Shown one piece after another: positions 1-12,038 of a stretch of DNA of 64,000 bases (its first letter is position 1; each line of letters starts with the position of its first letter). The notes beneath the pieces were generated by a model. It searched no databases, had not been told where the DNA came from, and saw nothing but the letters and a program-made list of their open reading frames with translations. The stretch is from Phyllosticta citribraziliensis (taxonomy: Eukaryota), in contig NW_027117352.1 of NCBI RefSeq assembly GCF_038025025.1, forward strand, positions 558,001 through 622,000. The letters are read 5' to 3'. The translations under genes were made by a program, and so were the position numbers.

Positions 1-2
1 AA

Positions 3-92
3 GAGATTGGATCACTACCGCTCAAGAAGGCCATTCGCTTCAAGAGGCTGGGGACAGTGAATGAAAATGAGGATGACGTCGACAATATCTAG
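3..92 (+). CDS. 3' end of an unidentified gene truncated by the window start (...EIGSLPLKKAIRFKRLGTVNENEDDVDNI*)
   Basis: Frame 3 is open from base 3 to TAG at 90-92, with protein-like composition, followed by 3'UTR-like sequence converging on DUR3. Confidence 0.4.
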   Translation, partial: EIGSLPLKKAIRFKRLGTVNENEDDVDNI

Positions 93-441
93 GGAAAGTG
101 GGGTGTCGATGTACAATCATGGCTCATGGTATCCGGAGTTTGCATGCTCCATAGAAAGCGCTTGTTAGCTGCGCTAATGGAATTACAGAAACCAGTTCTA
201 ATCCTAGAATTCGATTCCAGTCTCACCTCAGGCTCAGCCGTTATCTGCGTCCAGTGTGCGAGCTTTGACCATGATCACATGGATAGGCAGTGCCATGCCA
301 ATATCGTCGCTCGTGAACTTCTCAATCGATTCTATTTTCTCAAATCTTGATCAAAACAAGCACAGTCCCAAGGCCATTACAGTCTACCAAAGCGTACGCC
401 ATCTAGTCACAAAATTTTGGACTTTCTCTTTGAACCGTTGC

Positions 442-2848
442 TCATCTTCTCGTCAAATCGGCGCGCATTTTGCCAGCAAGCTCCTTGAAGAAGCCCAACG
501 TCTCGACCACGGGCAAGACGGTCGAAATGAAGGTGCTCGTAAAGACCCAGAGAAACGAAATCACGACCCACGCAGTGAAGAAGCCCTTGGAAAAGACGTA
601 CTCGCTGAAAAACATGGGCATCGGCACCAGAATGACCATGATGAAGCTCAGCGTGTAAGAGGCAATGCATGCGGTCTTGTAGGCGCCGGCCAGGGATCGC
701 GGGTCGTCGAGGGGCGCGGTGGCGGCGGCTTCGAGCGGCGTCGCCGAGTGCACGGCGACGTCCTGGTCGCCCTTGGCCATGTCGTTGCCGCTCTTCTCCG
801 GCTCGTCGCCGCCTGCGGCCACCGTCTGAGGCGGCGTGGCAGAGTCCGGTGAGTTGCTGTCTCCCGCCGCGGTGGCGTTGTTGATGGCGCGCGTGATTTC
901 CCAGTCGAACGGCTGCGGGTCCGGCAGCGCGAGCGACACGACGACGGTCACGATCAAGCCCATCATGATCGCGGCCAGGTTCCCAGCGAGCGTTGGGTAC
1001 TGGAGGCCCGTGGTGTGAAGAGTGAGCTCACCGTAGAGGGCCTTGGCCGTGGCCAGCCACGCGATGATGCCGGCGGCGAAGCCGACGACGGCTCCCAAGA
1101 TGCATCCCATGCGCGTCTGCCCGCGCCAGGTGATGGCAAAGGCGCAGGGGAAGACACCGCCGCCAATCAGCAGGCCCATGACGAGGTACAGCCAGCCCAG
1201 GTCGATGCCGATGGCGTCCCAGATGCACGCAAAGATGGCCATGGCGAGCCCGAAGATGCAGATGCACACGTGACTGACGAAGATGAGCGAGGATGGCGTC
1301 GCTTGCGGCTTCAGGTACGTCTTGTATATGTCAAAGGTCAGGATGGAGCTGACGGCGATGAGCTCGGCGCTGGCGCACGACGTCACCGCCATGAATAGCA
1401 CGACAAGCAGAGCAGCGGCGCCGCTCTTGCCGAGGAGCGCTGCCGCAGAGAAGGCTGCCGCCAGTCCGGCAGAGATATCGCTCTCGGTGGGCTTGTTGGG
1501 GTACGTGGGGAAGTTCGGGTTGTCAGTCAAGGCGACGGCAGCGAGGCCCAACGTCGTGCTGAAGCCGAACGGAATGGCAAACCATGCGATGCCACCCATG
1601 ATGTACGCTCTCACGGCGGTGCTGGGTCGCGAGGCGATGGCGCGCTGCCAGTAGGCCTGGTCGAGGAAGACAGTGCCGCTGCCGGCGCACAGCTGGATGA
1701 CGCCGAAGACGAGGCCCTTGTTGGACTTGATGGTGACGTAAGAGCCGTCCTTGTTGCCCTCGACAGGCATCTTTTCGCCGGCAGCGACCAGGAGATCGTA
1801 CATCTTCGACGGAGAGCCGATCAGGTCGCTGGTGGCGTAGGCATGGAACATGAAAAACAGGATGATGATCATGAGGATCAGAGTGTGGGAGTAGTCGCCT
1901 TGGAGTTGAGCGTAAGTTTGAATTCACCCCCTTTTGGCGATTTGTCACTTACAGAGGAATGTCGCCCGTAGCCCTCCCAAGACCACGTACAAACACACGC
2001 CCGCCGGGATGAGGAAGATGGCTGCGTAGACGTTGGCTCCGGTTAAGCTGGCCATGACTGCACTGCCTCCGAGCAGCAACTGGCTTCCCACAAGGATGTT
2101 GGTGACCAGCGCGAAGAAGATGAAGATGACGTGCGCCACCGCACCATACCGCGTGTAGATAATCTCCAGAAAAGTGTGGCAGCGCGGGGAGTTTTGCTTA
2201 ACTGCACACATCTGTCAGCTCCGAGCTCTTGGATGATGCTTCTGCCACGGTGAGTGTCCAAGCAATGTCGTCCCCTAGAAATACAGCTGAACCAGACCTG
2301 GGGCCTATGATTCAATGCCGTCGATGCGGGCAGGGAACTGCCAATTGAGGACATGGCCGAATTTTGGAGATCCCAATTGCTTCGACACCCACCGACCGCA
2401 TCACTTTTACAACTCTTCAAACAAACTCAACGCACGAACGCACCTTTGCACGCAAGGACGGAAAAGATCAAAATCTGCACGGTAGCACCCGCAGCATACC
2501 AAAACGGCCTGGCCACGCAATCAGCATCCTCTCTCTCAACTCCTCACAGTCACATCAACACTCAATCGTCACAGTGACTTACCCAGCCACGCCATACGTG
2601 TAGGCAACAGAGCTACTTTGCAGCAGCGTCGCAGCCCACGTCCACGCACTGACAATACCGCTAGCAATGAGACCCGGCTTGACGGATCGCGAGGCCGTGT
2701 TGAACTCCTCCGACTGCTTGGTCGAGAAGCGCGTGTAGCGGTTCTGCAGGTACGAGATGAACATCATGACGAAGGCGAAGAAGAAGCCCACGCCGACCAC
2801 GACGCCGTAGCCGGCGGAGGCGGGCAGCGTCGTCGCTGCAGACGGCAT
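442..2848 (-). CDS. DUR3: Urea active transporter (sodium:solute symporter family), 4 exons
   Basis: Motifs SEEFNTASRSVKPGLIASGIVSAWTWAATLLQSS, PFWYAAGATVQI, VVLGGLRATFLCDYSHT, GTVFLDQAYWQRAIAS and FMAVTSCASAELIAVSS, plus many TM segments. GT-AG introns at about 2510-2582, 2203-2443 and 1899-1952 join the ORF pieces in frame. Confidence 0.95.
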
Positions 2849-3102
2849 GGCGATGGTGTTGGTGGTGGTGTGTAGTAATTGAGGTCTCAGTCGTCGTTGT
2901 GGCTTGGATATGGTATGGTGGCGTAATGTTGACTAGGGGGGAAGGGAAATGGAATTCGTGAAAGAGGATGGGAAAAGTAAAGGAAGACGAAAGATGGAGA
3001 GGCGATGGTGCAATTGCAAATGAACACACCAGCAGCAGCAGCGTGAAGATTGTCTGATCAGAACGTGGGTTATTTCGGCAAAAGATACATGACAAGAGAG
3101 CA

Positions 3103-4337
3103 GATAAGAGCGGCCAACCAACCCCAGCAGCGGGCAAGCGTCTAGAGCGCGCAAAATGGCGACGACCAAGACAAACCGGAGCCAAAGCTTGTATGCTGCT
3201 GCTCCAGAACAAACTGCCGATACCCTTTTTCTTGCTCACCTTGGCGCAGCTGCCTACCTTTCCTACGCGTGCTTTCCGTGCAGTCGGTCCAGTCGCCGCA
3301 TTGGGCCAAGTGCTCTGTGTCTGGCTGGCTGGATGTCCGGGGAAGACGGTTTGGGGGAGGTATCTTGACTCAGAAGAGAGACAGCATCACTGCGATGTCT
3401 CGACTTATCTCGAGATCTCGAGGGCTACGCACGCCCAGACTCGTCCCTCCTGATCCTCTTCCGTCATTTCCTCGTCTATCAATCCCTCTCTGTGAGCGTG
3501 TACGTATTTCAAAAACCCGGCAGCCCGGCCGTCGGCGACGCCGCTGCACTGATCCCAGTTTACGTTTGCCGGTTGCTTTGGCGGGACAGCTGCGATGCAT
3601 ATGACTGACTGACAGCGATGTGATAGAGAAGGGCAACAATCTTGATAAGAGGATGTCATTCTCCAGCCATCGAGCCATCCGGACTTCAAATCGCACTGCA
3701 CGAAGCCGTCATTCTCTCGCTCTGCACCATGATGGACGTGCCGAAGCTGTGCAGATCATCTACGCCACAAACCCGCTCCTCCACCCCTCCCCTCAGCGAG
3801 AGGAGAGACGAGGCGTGGAGATCGTCGTCCGTGCGTGCCCAAGCTGTCCTCTCACACCCACCCCATCTTCGGCATCCATGCCTCCAAAGCAAAGATAAGT
3901 GCAGAGCTAGCTAGGTACAAGCGCAAATCGAGGCGGGGATGTCGTCAAGACATCCATGCTCTGGCGGCTGCTGTCATTGGCCCGCTGGCCCGCGCGCCAA
4001 AGCTTATTCGGACGACCGACTGGGAGTGAGATAAGAAGGACTTTCTGGCCGTGATAAGTGTCGCGCTGTTTATCGGTATCAGTCTTGTGCGTGGGTTGCG
4101 AGCGGCTAACGCGTGAGTGAGGTTGATGCGGGATCGACGTACGGATGGACGGACGGACGGACGGGACGGAAAGGGCGCTTGCTGGCAGCGCTGCTGGCTG
4201 CTGGCTGCTGGCCATGATGCTGCGGGAATAAGGTGTGTGCGTTTATCTTGTGCAGTTAAGTGGTGGTGGGTCGATTCGATTGATGTCGTGATATGCATCG
4301 CTGAATAAGAACCCTCGAGAGAGTTTGACCATTATCA
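3103..4337. promoter_or_regulatory. Cluster of GATA (HGATAR) sites upstream of DUR3; probable AreA/Nit2 nitrogen-regulation elements
   Basis: GATAAG at 3103, 3644, 3894, 4030 and 4053; CTTATC at 3404; TGATAG at 3621; TTATC at 4070, 4243 and 4332. Confidence 0.7.
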
Positions 4338-4934
4338 GCACACCGGCAGCCCCTTTCGCAGAATCTCATACGGCCTATATTAAACATTTGAACCTCGTGC
4401 TCCAAACGCTGTGAGTCACTCCGGGTCCGCTGGCAGCTTACGCTTCCTTGGTTCTGCCACACACATGCCCACCATCCATGGAAACTGCACATCATCAGTA
4501 TCTACCAATACAGCACTTGAGAAAAAAAGGCTCCGAGTCAGCCACCAAGGCCGAATAGAAAAAGTCAAATCAACTCATTTGAATACTTACTCAACGACGC
4601 TATAATAAGAGAAACAGGTATCAAAAACACGAACAAACAGCGCCCATGCGGCTTCCAGAACGAATAAAGGCGTAAGGTCCGTGATGCACTGGGAGCGAAG
4701 AGAGGACAAGGAGTTGTGAGGGAAGGCAGAATGTTCAAAGACGACGACAACAGCGTGTTCGACCCCACCTGCACCGCTCTCTTTCTTGCACCGTCATGGT
4801 ATGAAAAAGAAGGCCAACAAATGCTCCCTGAACTCCGCGAAAAATGCTCGAATCAAATGTCCCTCAAGCAGCACAACAAGAAAGCCAAACGGGTGAAGTG
4901 TGATGACGAATGGCAGAGGTGGAAAGTTTCATCT

Positions 4935-6831
4935 TCACTCCAGACTCCGAACGACGTAAATGAGAATGTAAGCCTCAGCGCGCAAGACGTCGGCTTCGCT
5001 GGCATAGACGACCTTGCTATCGTCGAACATGAACCACTCGGAGCCCTTGCGGCTGTAGCTGACATAGTGGCCGGAATCCATCTTGCCCTTGTGGACAATG
5101 ACGCTCGAAAGGTCGTAAAAGACCATGGGCGTGCGGACACTGGGGTCTGGCGCGACTACGCCACTGCCCTTGGAAGGAGACGATGAGGCGGTGGCGGACG
5201 TCGATGTACGTGCTTGGACGGTGTAGGGGTACATGTCGATGGTGAGGGGGAACGAAGTCCGCGTTTCGAGTTTGGTGGATTGTGATTTCGTGGTTTCGAA
5301 GCGCTGTGGAGGCGTTGGTCAGCCCGCGTGCAAAAATGGCTTTTGGGCCTGGAAGGAGGAACATACCTTGAGATGGAAGGAGAGCACAGGGGGCAGATTC
5401 TTGATACTCAGCTGCTTTGTTGCATTCTGCTGTGTGCCACCACAATTTCCACAGCTATACTCTTGCGCCGACAGCTTCTCCTTGCCCGTGTACCGATCGA
5501 GACAGTCCCGCAAATCAAGGGGCGGCGGTCCGTCACCAGATTCCCCGCCTTCCAGCTTGCGTTTTTTGGCCGTAGACCGCAAATCGAGAGACAGATCCAT
5601 AAAAGGTTCAGTGACTGTAGTAGTGTTTTTGCACTTGTCGCAGTTGACAGTTGACTGGTATTTGCCATAAAACGTTTGATGGATGAGGCACGAGCATTCC
5701 GACTCTTTGGAGTTTTCCCCATTGCCGTTACCGCCGTCGCTGCCGCCGTTTTCGAGATGGAGGTTGTTGAGGATAAATTGCATGTACTCGTGGGCGTCTT
5801 GTTGTTGGTAGCCAGCGAGACCGCCCTGCGCTGTGTTAGTCTCTGCTGCCACAGGCTTGTTGGGTCTTCTGGAGTTATTCTGTACCTGTGCGATAGTCCA
5901 GCTCCCGAGCAACATGTTGACGGCTCCGTAGCCCTCGGTCTTTTCCAAGGAATAGTACTCGGTAAAGATCTCGTCCAATGCGCAGCTCGTGCACGACTCT
6001 TTCTCACACTCTTTGGACGTATGGCCTTCGCCCAGATAGAATGCCTTGATGAATGGATTATGTATCAAGCACTGCAACACGACACTCATGAAGCAAGTGT
6101 TTCCCATGTTGTACAGGCCGCGCAGACCGATTGCGCGGCACGGGGCAAAAGTCGAGTTTTGCGCGACCAGCTTGTAGTCCTCGGGCGTCATGGTTTCCTC
6201 GAGCTTCCTTTTCTTGCGGCCTGCGTCATGGTCAGCTACAAGGTCTCCATTGCATTCCAAACAGGTCCCGTGTATTAGACTCACCCTGCAACAGGCGCAC
6301 ATTCTCAAGTGTTGGGTCGTAGATAAAGTCCTTGCACTGTTGGCAGTATACGTAGCCATGCTTCGATTCCACAGCTACCCAGGGTCAGCTTTTGCCCCAC
6401 GCATTATATGCCAGACTGCGGCGACATACAAAACCCATGACGCTTGGTCTCAAAGTGCTCGTCTCTCAGTTCAGGTGTGAAGATGCCGACGCATTGCAGG
6501 CACATGTATGTCGGCAAGAGGGTGGTGACCGAGGATCCGTCCCCATTGAGGTCGGTGCGATGGGTCTGCGGTATTATGGGATGGCCTTCGAAGATTGTCT
6601 GGACAATGTTCGTGTACTGCTGGACGAGGACTCTGCGACGCTCGGCGAATAGCGGCTCAAGGTGTTCTATGAGAGGCGTAAGCAAACAGGGCCGAAGAGA
6701 TGCGACGCTCGTCGCCAACACTTACCGCAACCGTAGAGTATCTGTGGAAGATTGCTTGTCCCCGTAAGCAGTTTGCCCTTGGCTATTTTGGCATTCGCCG
6801 CCGGGCCTGTCGTCTTGGGCGCGTTGTCCAT
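4935..6831 (-). CDS. UBP8: Ubiquitin C-terminal hydrolase of the SAGA DUB module (ZnF-UBP plus USP domain), multi-exon
   Basis: N-terminal zinc finger (YMCLQC..., IYCQQCKDFIYD); Cys box GLRGLYNMGNTCFMSVVLQ; QQDAHEY; EPFMDLSLD; His box YDLSSVIVHKGKMDSGHYVSY...WFMFDDSKV...AYILIY. Confidence 0.92.
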
Positions 6832-7636
6832 GGTGGGGTGTGCGCCGGTGTTTGTGCGCTGCGGATGATGAGCTGCGCGGGCGGCGCGAACTACATATCT
6901 CCCATGGACGGCAACGACCTGAGCGAAGTCGAGGGAAGTTGGTTGGTGAGTCGAGTAGCGTACCGCGAGGCGACGTAAGATGGGTGTTTGGAGATGGTCG
7001 TGCTGAGCGGCAGGGACCTGCATGAGTCGCCGCAGATCCGAACGCGGACCATGCGGGAACCCCGACGGAGCCACCTGTGCTCGCAACTTTGTCACGACGT
7101 CCAGTTCTAGTTCAATGACCATTGCTGGCGTAGTTCAGGCAGTCGAATGCTCCTCTCGAGTAGATTCCAAGGCGCTGAAATCAATCATTCCTTTCCCATC
7201 TTTCATAATGGTTGGTGACCAACTGGACCAACTCCTTTCATCTTTCAAAGCTGCCAGTAGCTCTGCCAGGGCAGCCGTTGAGAAGTTTCACCTGGACGAG
7301 GCTTTTATCTGCAAAGAAAGAAGTTAAAATGTCAACGGCAGCTTCGTATGACTGCCATCACCAAATTCACCATCTGGACACAAAATAATCCATTGATTTA
7401 TGGCGCGCCCATGCGAAGTGACGGCAGAAAACAAACAAGAGCACATAATACATGTCAAAACGCCCTTCAACAACGACAGGATAGACAGAATGAGGAAGAA
7501 TCAAGGCAGTGCCCCTGGAACCGTGTGACGCCGCCAGCCTATTCTCTTTGAAATTGATGGCAGTAGTCATTTCTTCTCGAGTTACCCAACTGCTGCTGTT
7601 GCTGCTGCTGCTTGTTGCAAGAATTTCTTGAAGGTT

Positions 7637-7690
7637 TGTGTGTGTGTGAGATGGTCTCCCAGGTGTTTGTGTGTGTGTGTGTGTGTGTGC
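7637..7690. repeat. (GT)n microsatellites in the CCR4 3' region
   Basis: Two (GT)n tracts at about 7637-7648 and 7669-7689. Confidence 0.85.
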
Positions 7691-8162
7691 TGCGTGGAAG
7701 CGCTCGCTCCTCAACTCCAACCAAACCGTCCATCTGACCAGCCCAGATTTTCGTCCAGTCCGGCGCCCGGATCCGAACGAGATGCTGAAAAAAGATTGAG
7801 AGAAAGTCGAGAAGAGCAGGTTGTCAGGGGGGGTGGCGACAGTGAGAGATGGCAAGTGGGAACCCAGGAGGGTGTAAAAGAGAGACTAGTGTCGGACGAC
7901 ATTGTAGAAAAGGGAGAAGGAAACAATGGAAAAAAAGCAGAATAACCACGACCAACAACGCAGGCACATCGCAGTAGATAGAGAAAAAGGATGAGAGGAA
8001 AACGCAAAGAAGAGAGAAAGAGGTCCACATCACACACATCAAAACCGGTTGATCAAGAAATCCGCTAATGACCACGTAAAGGGAAAACAATCAAAAGAAA
8101 AGCCCCATGGCCCCCCACGCGCGCCGAGCCCGAAAAACAAAACTAGTCACATCACATCCGTT

Positions 8163-10539
8163 TTAGCGGCGCTCGCGCTGTGGCCCAAAATCCGCCTCGA
8201 CCGTCTTCTTCTCCTTACGCCCTTTGAATGTGAACTCGGCCAGCAGTGCCAAATGGTCGCTTGGGAAGTGGTAGTTGGGGAAGCCGGGCACCCGCTGCAT
8301 ATACTCCTTGTCGACCTCGCCCAGCAGCCCTGTTGCGTTGAGCGCAGTCGTCGAGTACCAAATGTAATCAATGACGCCGGTGAAGCCAGGCGTGTAGTTG
8401 GTGAAGCTGAGCTCGCCAATGTTGGAGTAGCTCGACTTGAGCGCAAATGGGTGCGACATGCCGTTCTTGGTAAAATGTCCATAGTTGTACGTTCCCAAAT
8501 CCGAGTGGTCATTGGAGAGTTGCCCGTGGGCAATGAGCTCGTAAACACCAGAGTCGGGGGTCGAGTTGAAGTCGCCGCAGAGGACCAGGGGCATTTGCTC
8601 AACTTTTGTGTACACCTGCGATGGTGCTGGTTCTGGTGGAGGCTCCGGCGGCTCGGTTTCGCCGTCCTTGTCGCCATTCGCATACCGGTAAGGAGCCTTG
8701 TCGAGACACGCCGGCCAGTTGACATACTTTTCCGTGAGCTTCTGAATTTGCTCCATCAGAATAGCGGCTTGGACGACCTTGACGTCCTTGAATGCTGGGT
8801 CCCAGTAGACGTGCGCATTTACCAAAACCAGACGAGCTCCGGTCTGGCGGTTTTCCAGGAAGGCGGCCACGGCAATGTTGTCGCGAGGCATGACTCGGTT
8901 GAAAATGTCGTGCTCGCCCTTCATGTCAGGCCGGTTGATTGCGAGATTCCCGAAATCAATGAGTTGCTTGTCAAGGAGGATGAATCTAAAACTATAATCA
9001 GCGCCAGGTCTTGGAATTTGCATCTCACTACGACATACTTGCTGTTCTTGTAGAAGATGGCGCAGCCGTCCACAAGCTTGGCCTCCCGTTCAGTCATGGT
9101 TCTCGCTCGTGCCTTTGGCCAGAAGACTCCCTTGTAGTCATCATGGGCCAGAGAGCCTCGGAAATACTCGTTGTAGCTCTCCGAGTCAATTTCCTGGAGG
9201 CAGATGATGTCCGACTCGCGAGCCCTGAGTTCCTGCAAAATCAGATCCCGCCTGTGCTCCCACGCCAGTGCTGCCGACGGTGTGTAGCCGTAGTGAGACT
9301 GTGTAGCCATTCTGTCGCACAAGATGTTGTAACTCAACACCATAAACTTGTCTTCGGGAGTCACGGGGGTGTCGTCAAGGACGACCCAATCACGCTCAGC
9401 CGGTGGCTCAGGCCCTGCAAGAAGTTAGATCCCAACAGCAATACTGTCGTAAAATGTCGCGACTTGCCTGGTGCTTGTTCACGGAGGTACTTGATTAGCT
9501 CCGTGGTACCATGCTCGACCACAATATTCTTCATCTGCTCATCGAGATTAGGGTTGCCCTCAATTCCAAGCATTTCCAATTGGTACAAAGAGCCCATCTC
9601 GTATGGCAGGGTCTCGATGTTGTTGTCGAACAGCAGCAGCTCGCGCAAATTGACCAGCATACCAATCTCGGGAGGTAGCGTCCGAAGCTCGTTCAACGAC
9701 AGGTCCAACTCTCTCAAATTCCTCAATCTGCCAATGGCCGGAGAGATGAACGTGAGCTTGTTGTAGTTGAGGTAGAGCTTGGTGAGGAAGGTATAGTCGA
9801 AAAGGGCCGGAGATAAAACCTTGAGGTTCTGCCCGCCAAGGTCCAGGGCTTTCCATATCTGACCATCGTCCTTCTCAGCATCTTTTGCGGCACGGTGGCG
9901 CTCCTCCTTTTCCTCCTTTACTATGCCGTTTGTCTGCCCCGACACGATGCTCTTGTTTGTGGAGGGATGGTTCCGCGCGTGAGAGTGGGACATGGTCATC
10001 TCCCTTGCGTGCTGGGCGTACTGGAGCTGCAAGCCCCAGTGTTCGTTGGGTGGCTTTGAGAGGCTGCTGTGGACGCTCCCCGGGGTGCCGTTTTGAAGAT
10101 GGTTGCCAGCAAAGTGGGGCGTCGCATTGGTCAGACCACCCGACATGGTGTGCTGATGGTTTCCAAAATTCGCGCCATGTGCGCTGTGGGCCGAGTGATC
10201 TTGGTGTTGGGGATGCTGATGGTTCTGGTGTTGGTGGGTCTGGTGCTGTTGTTGGAACTTGGCCAGATTCATCTGCATGGCGAAGCGCTGGTGCGAGTTG
10301 CCATTCAGCATGGCGTGTTGGCCTTGCTGGGCGTGTGGTTGATTATACATGCCGAAGGGATTGTGCGCCGGCGACTGAGGCCCCGGAGAACGGTTTGGCG
10401 AAGGCGCGTCGGGATGGAAGCCTACGCGGCCGCTTGTGACAGGTGAGCCAGTCCGCTGGAGATTTCGAGGCAAATGGTTCTGCTGGTTGAAGAAGAACTG
10501 TCCGGCTCCCTGCTGGAACCGAAAAGGACCATCGGCCAT
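8163..10539 (-). CDS. CCR4: CCR4-NOT deadenylase subunit Ccr4 (Q/H-rich N-terminus, LRR, EEP nuclease), multi-exon
   Basis: LRRs (LTKLYLNYNKL, LRELDLSLNEL, LRELLLFDNNI); VLSYNILCD; DIICLQE; DGCAIFYK; LCGDFNS; FTNYTPGFTGVIDYIWY; FPSDH. Confidence 0.96.
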
Positions 10540-12038
10540 CAACAGCTGAGGGAGGGTGTATTGAAGTGTCTGGGAGGAAGAGGACTATCGCTATCAATAG
10601 TTGGCGCGAGACCGCGGGAGAAGGGTGCAGCGGCAACGGTTAAGTGAGCGGAAGAGGTTCGGAACGGAGTCTCCTTCGCCTTAACATGAGCGACCAAGCA
10701 GCAACCACTCATCAAATGAATGTCGAGTAGTTTTCGGCAGCGGCGCGGCCCGCTACTTGCGCATAGAGCTACCTCGTGTGGACCAAGGCAGGCAAACGGT
10801 GTGGCAGACGCGGAGGGCAGACGGCGGGCAGTGAGGCTATCGGGGTGAGGGCGTCGAAGGGGAATATATGCGCAATCCAGGCGGCAGAAGCACCGAGGAG
10901 TTGTAGACTTTGTAGGGGTGAGCAAGTCAGCACAGGTTGGCGTCGAGGTTGGACGGCGTGGTGGCTCGATGACGAGACTCGACCGAGACGGACCTTTGAC
11001 GATCTTTGGAGACTCGAGGGAGCAGAGCAGCTACCGGATGCTGCAGCGGTAAGCAATGGCTCCAAGGCGCTGAAGAGCAAAGAATGCTGGAGACGACGAG
11101 AGGTGCAATCGTTGGCTGATGGTGTTGGCCGCTGTCTTCGCTCGAGCGCACATGGAACTGGAACGTTGCCGCCCCTGCACGTGACCAGGCATAGGTCCCG
11201 CCGGCGCTGGCGCCAAGAAAAGATGCATGCCTTAGCTGCCTGACCAAACAACACTGGAAACATGAGCTTGCTTGCGTCTCACGTCAGAGCCTAGCTGCTC
11301 TGCCTATTTCTCATTCTCAGGTCTTCTCTCCTGTCTGCTGTGCGGTGCTCTGCGACTCTACTTTCTGGTTACCGACGGCCCATGGCCTTGGATCAGCTCA
11401 ACCGTGGGTGCTGGACGCCTGCGCCGCGCCCATAGCATGCTCTGGAACGCCACAGCGGCCTGAGGCCGACTCTGGCAGCTCCTGGAGAACCGCGTCCTGC
11501 GCTTCAGCACAAGATTGATTGGAGCGCTAACACCTCGGTCTGCGTGCAACTGGCGCCTACCAGCTGAGCCTCATCTCCAGGTCGTCCAGTCGCTGGCTCT
11601 CCTGTCGTCACGGAAGCACGCTGTCACGGTCATCCACGACCACGGCTCTTCGCGACCACTCGACCTAAACCATTCCACCAACTCCGCCTCTCATCCCACA
11701 TCATTCGTCCGCCCGTCCCCTGTCTCGTCTCTTCCTTGAACAACCCCTCGGAACATCCATGCCTCGCCAGCCCGCGCATCCTCAGCTTGAAGGCGACGAT
11801 TCATCTCCCCCGCGCGCTGCTGCGGGCAGCGGACCTCTGACCGACGTACGAGCGAATACAAAGTCCGACGAGTGGACGGCAGCAGTGGGGCACAGCACGT
11901 AGACTGCGAGCGGGCCGACCTGCAGAAATGGAATGGTATATGGTAAAGCCTGACTACTCACCCTGTCGCCGTTTTGCGGCATCAGGGGTTCAGCTGCCGC
12001 TGGAAGATCAGAGCTTCTTTGCTAAGGCCCGAGACTAG

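Noticed and set aside
2203..2443. Possible TPP riboswitch in the unusually long DUR3 intron (some fungal DUR3-like transporters carry one)
   Set aside because: Reading the - strand shows no CUGAGA or GAUC/UAAU aptamer core, and the GATA-rich promoter fits a urea permease.
8049..9766. Long antisense ORFs (for example 8049-9053 and 9011-9766, and similar ones opposite rvt, ECO1 and the chitinase)
   Set aside because: Shadow frames produced by GC-biased codon usage of the real genes on the other strand.
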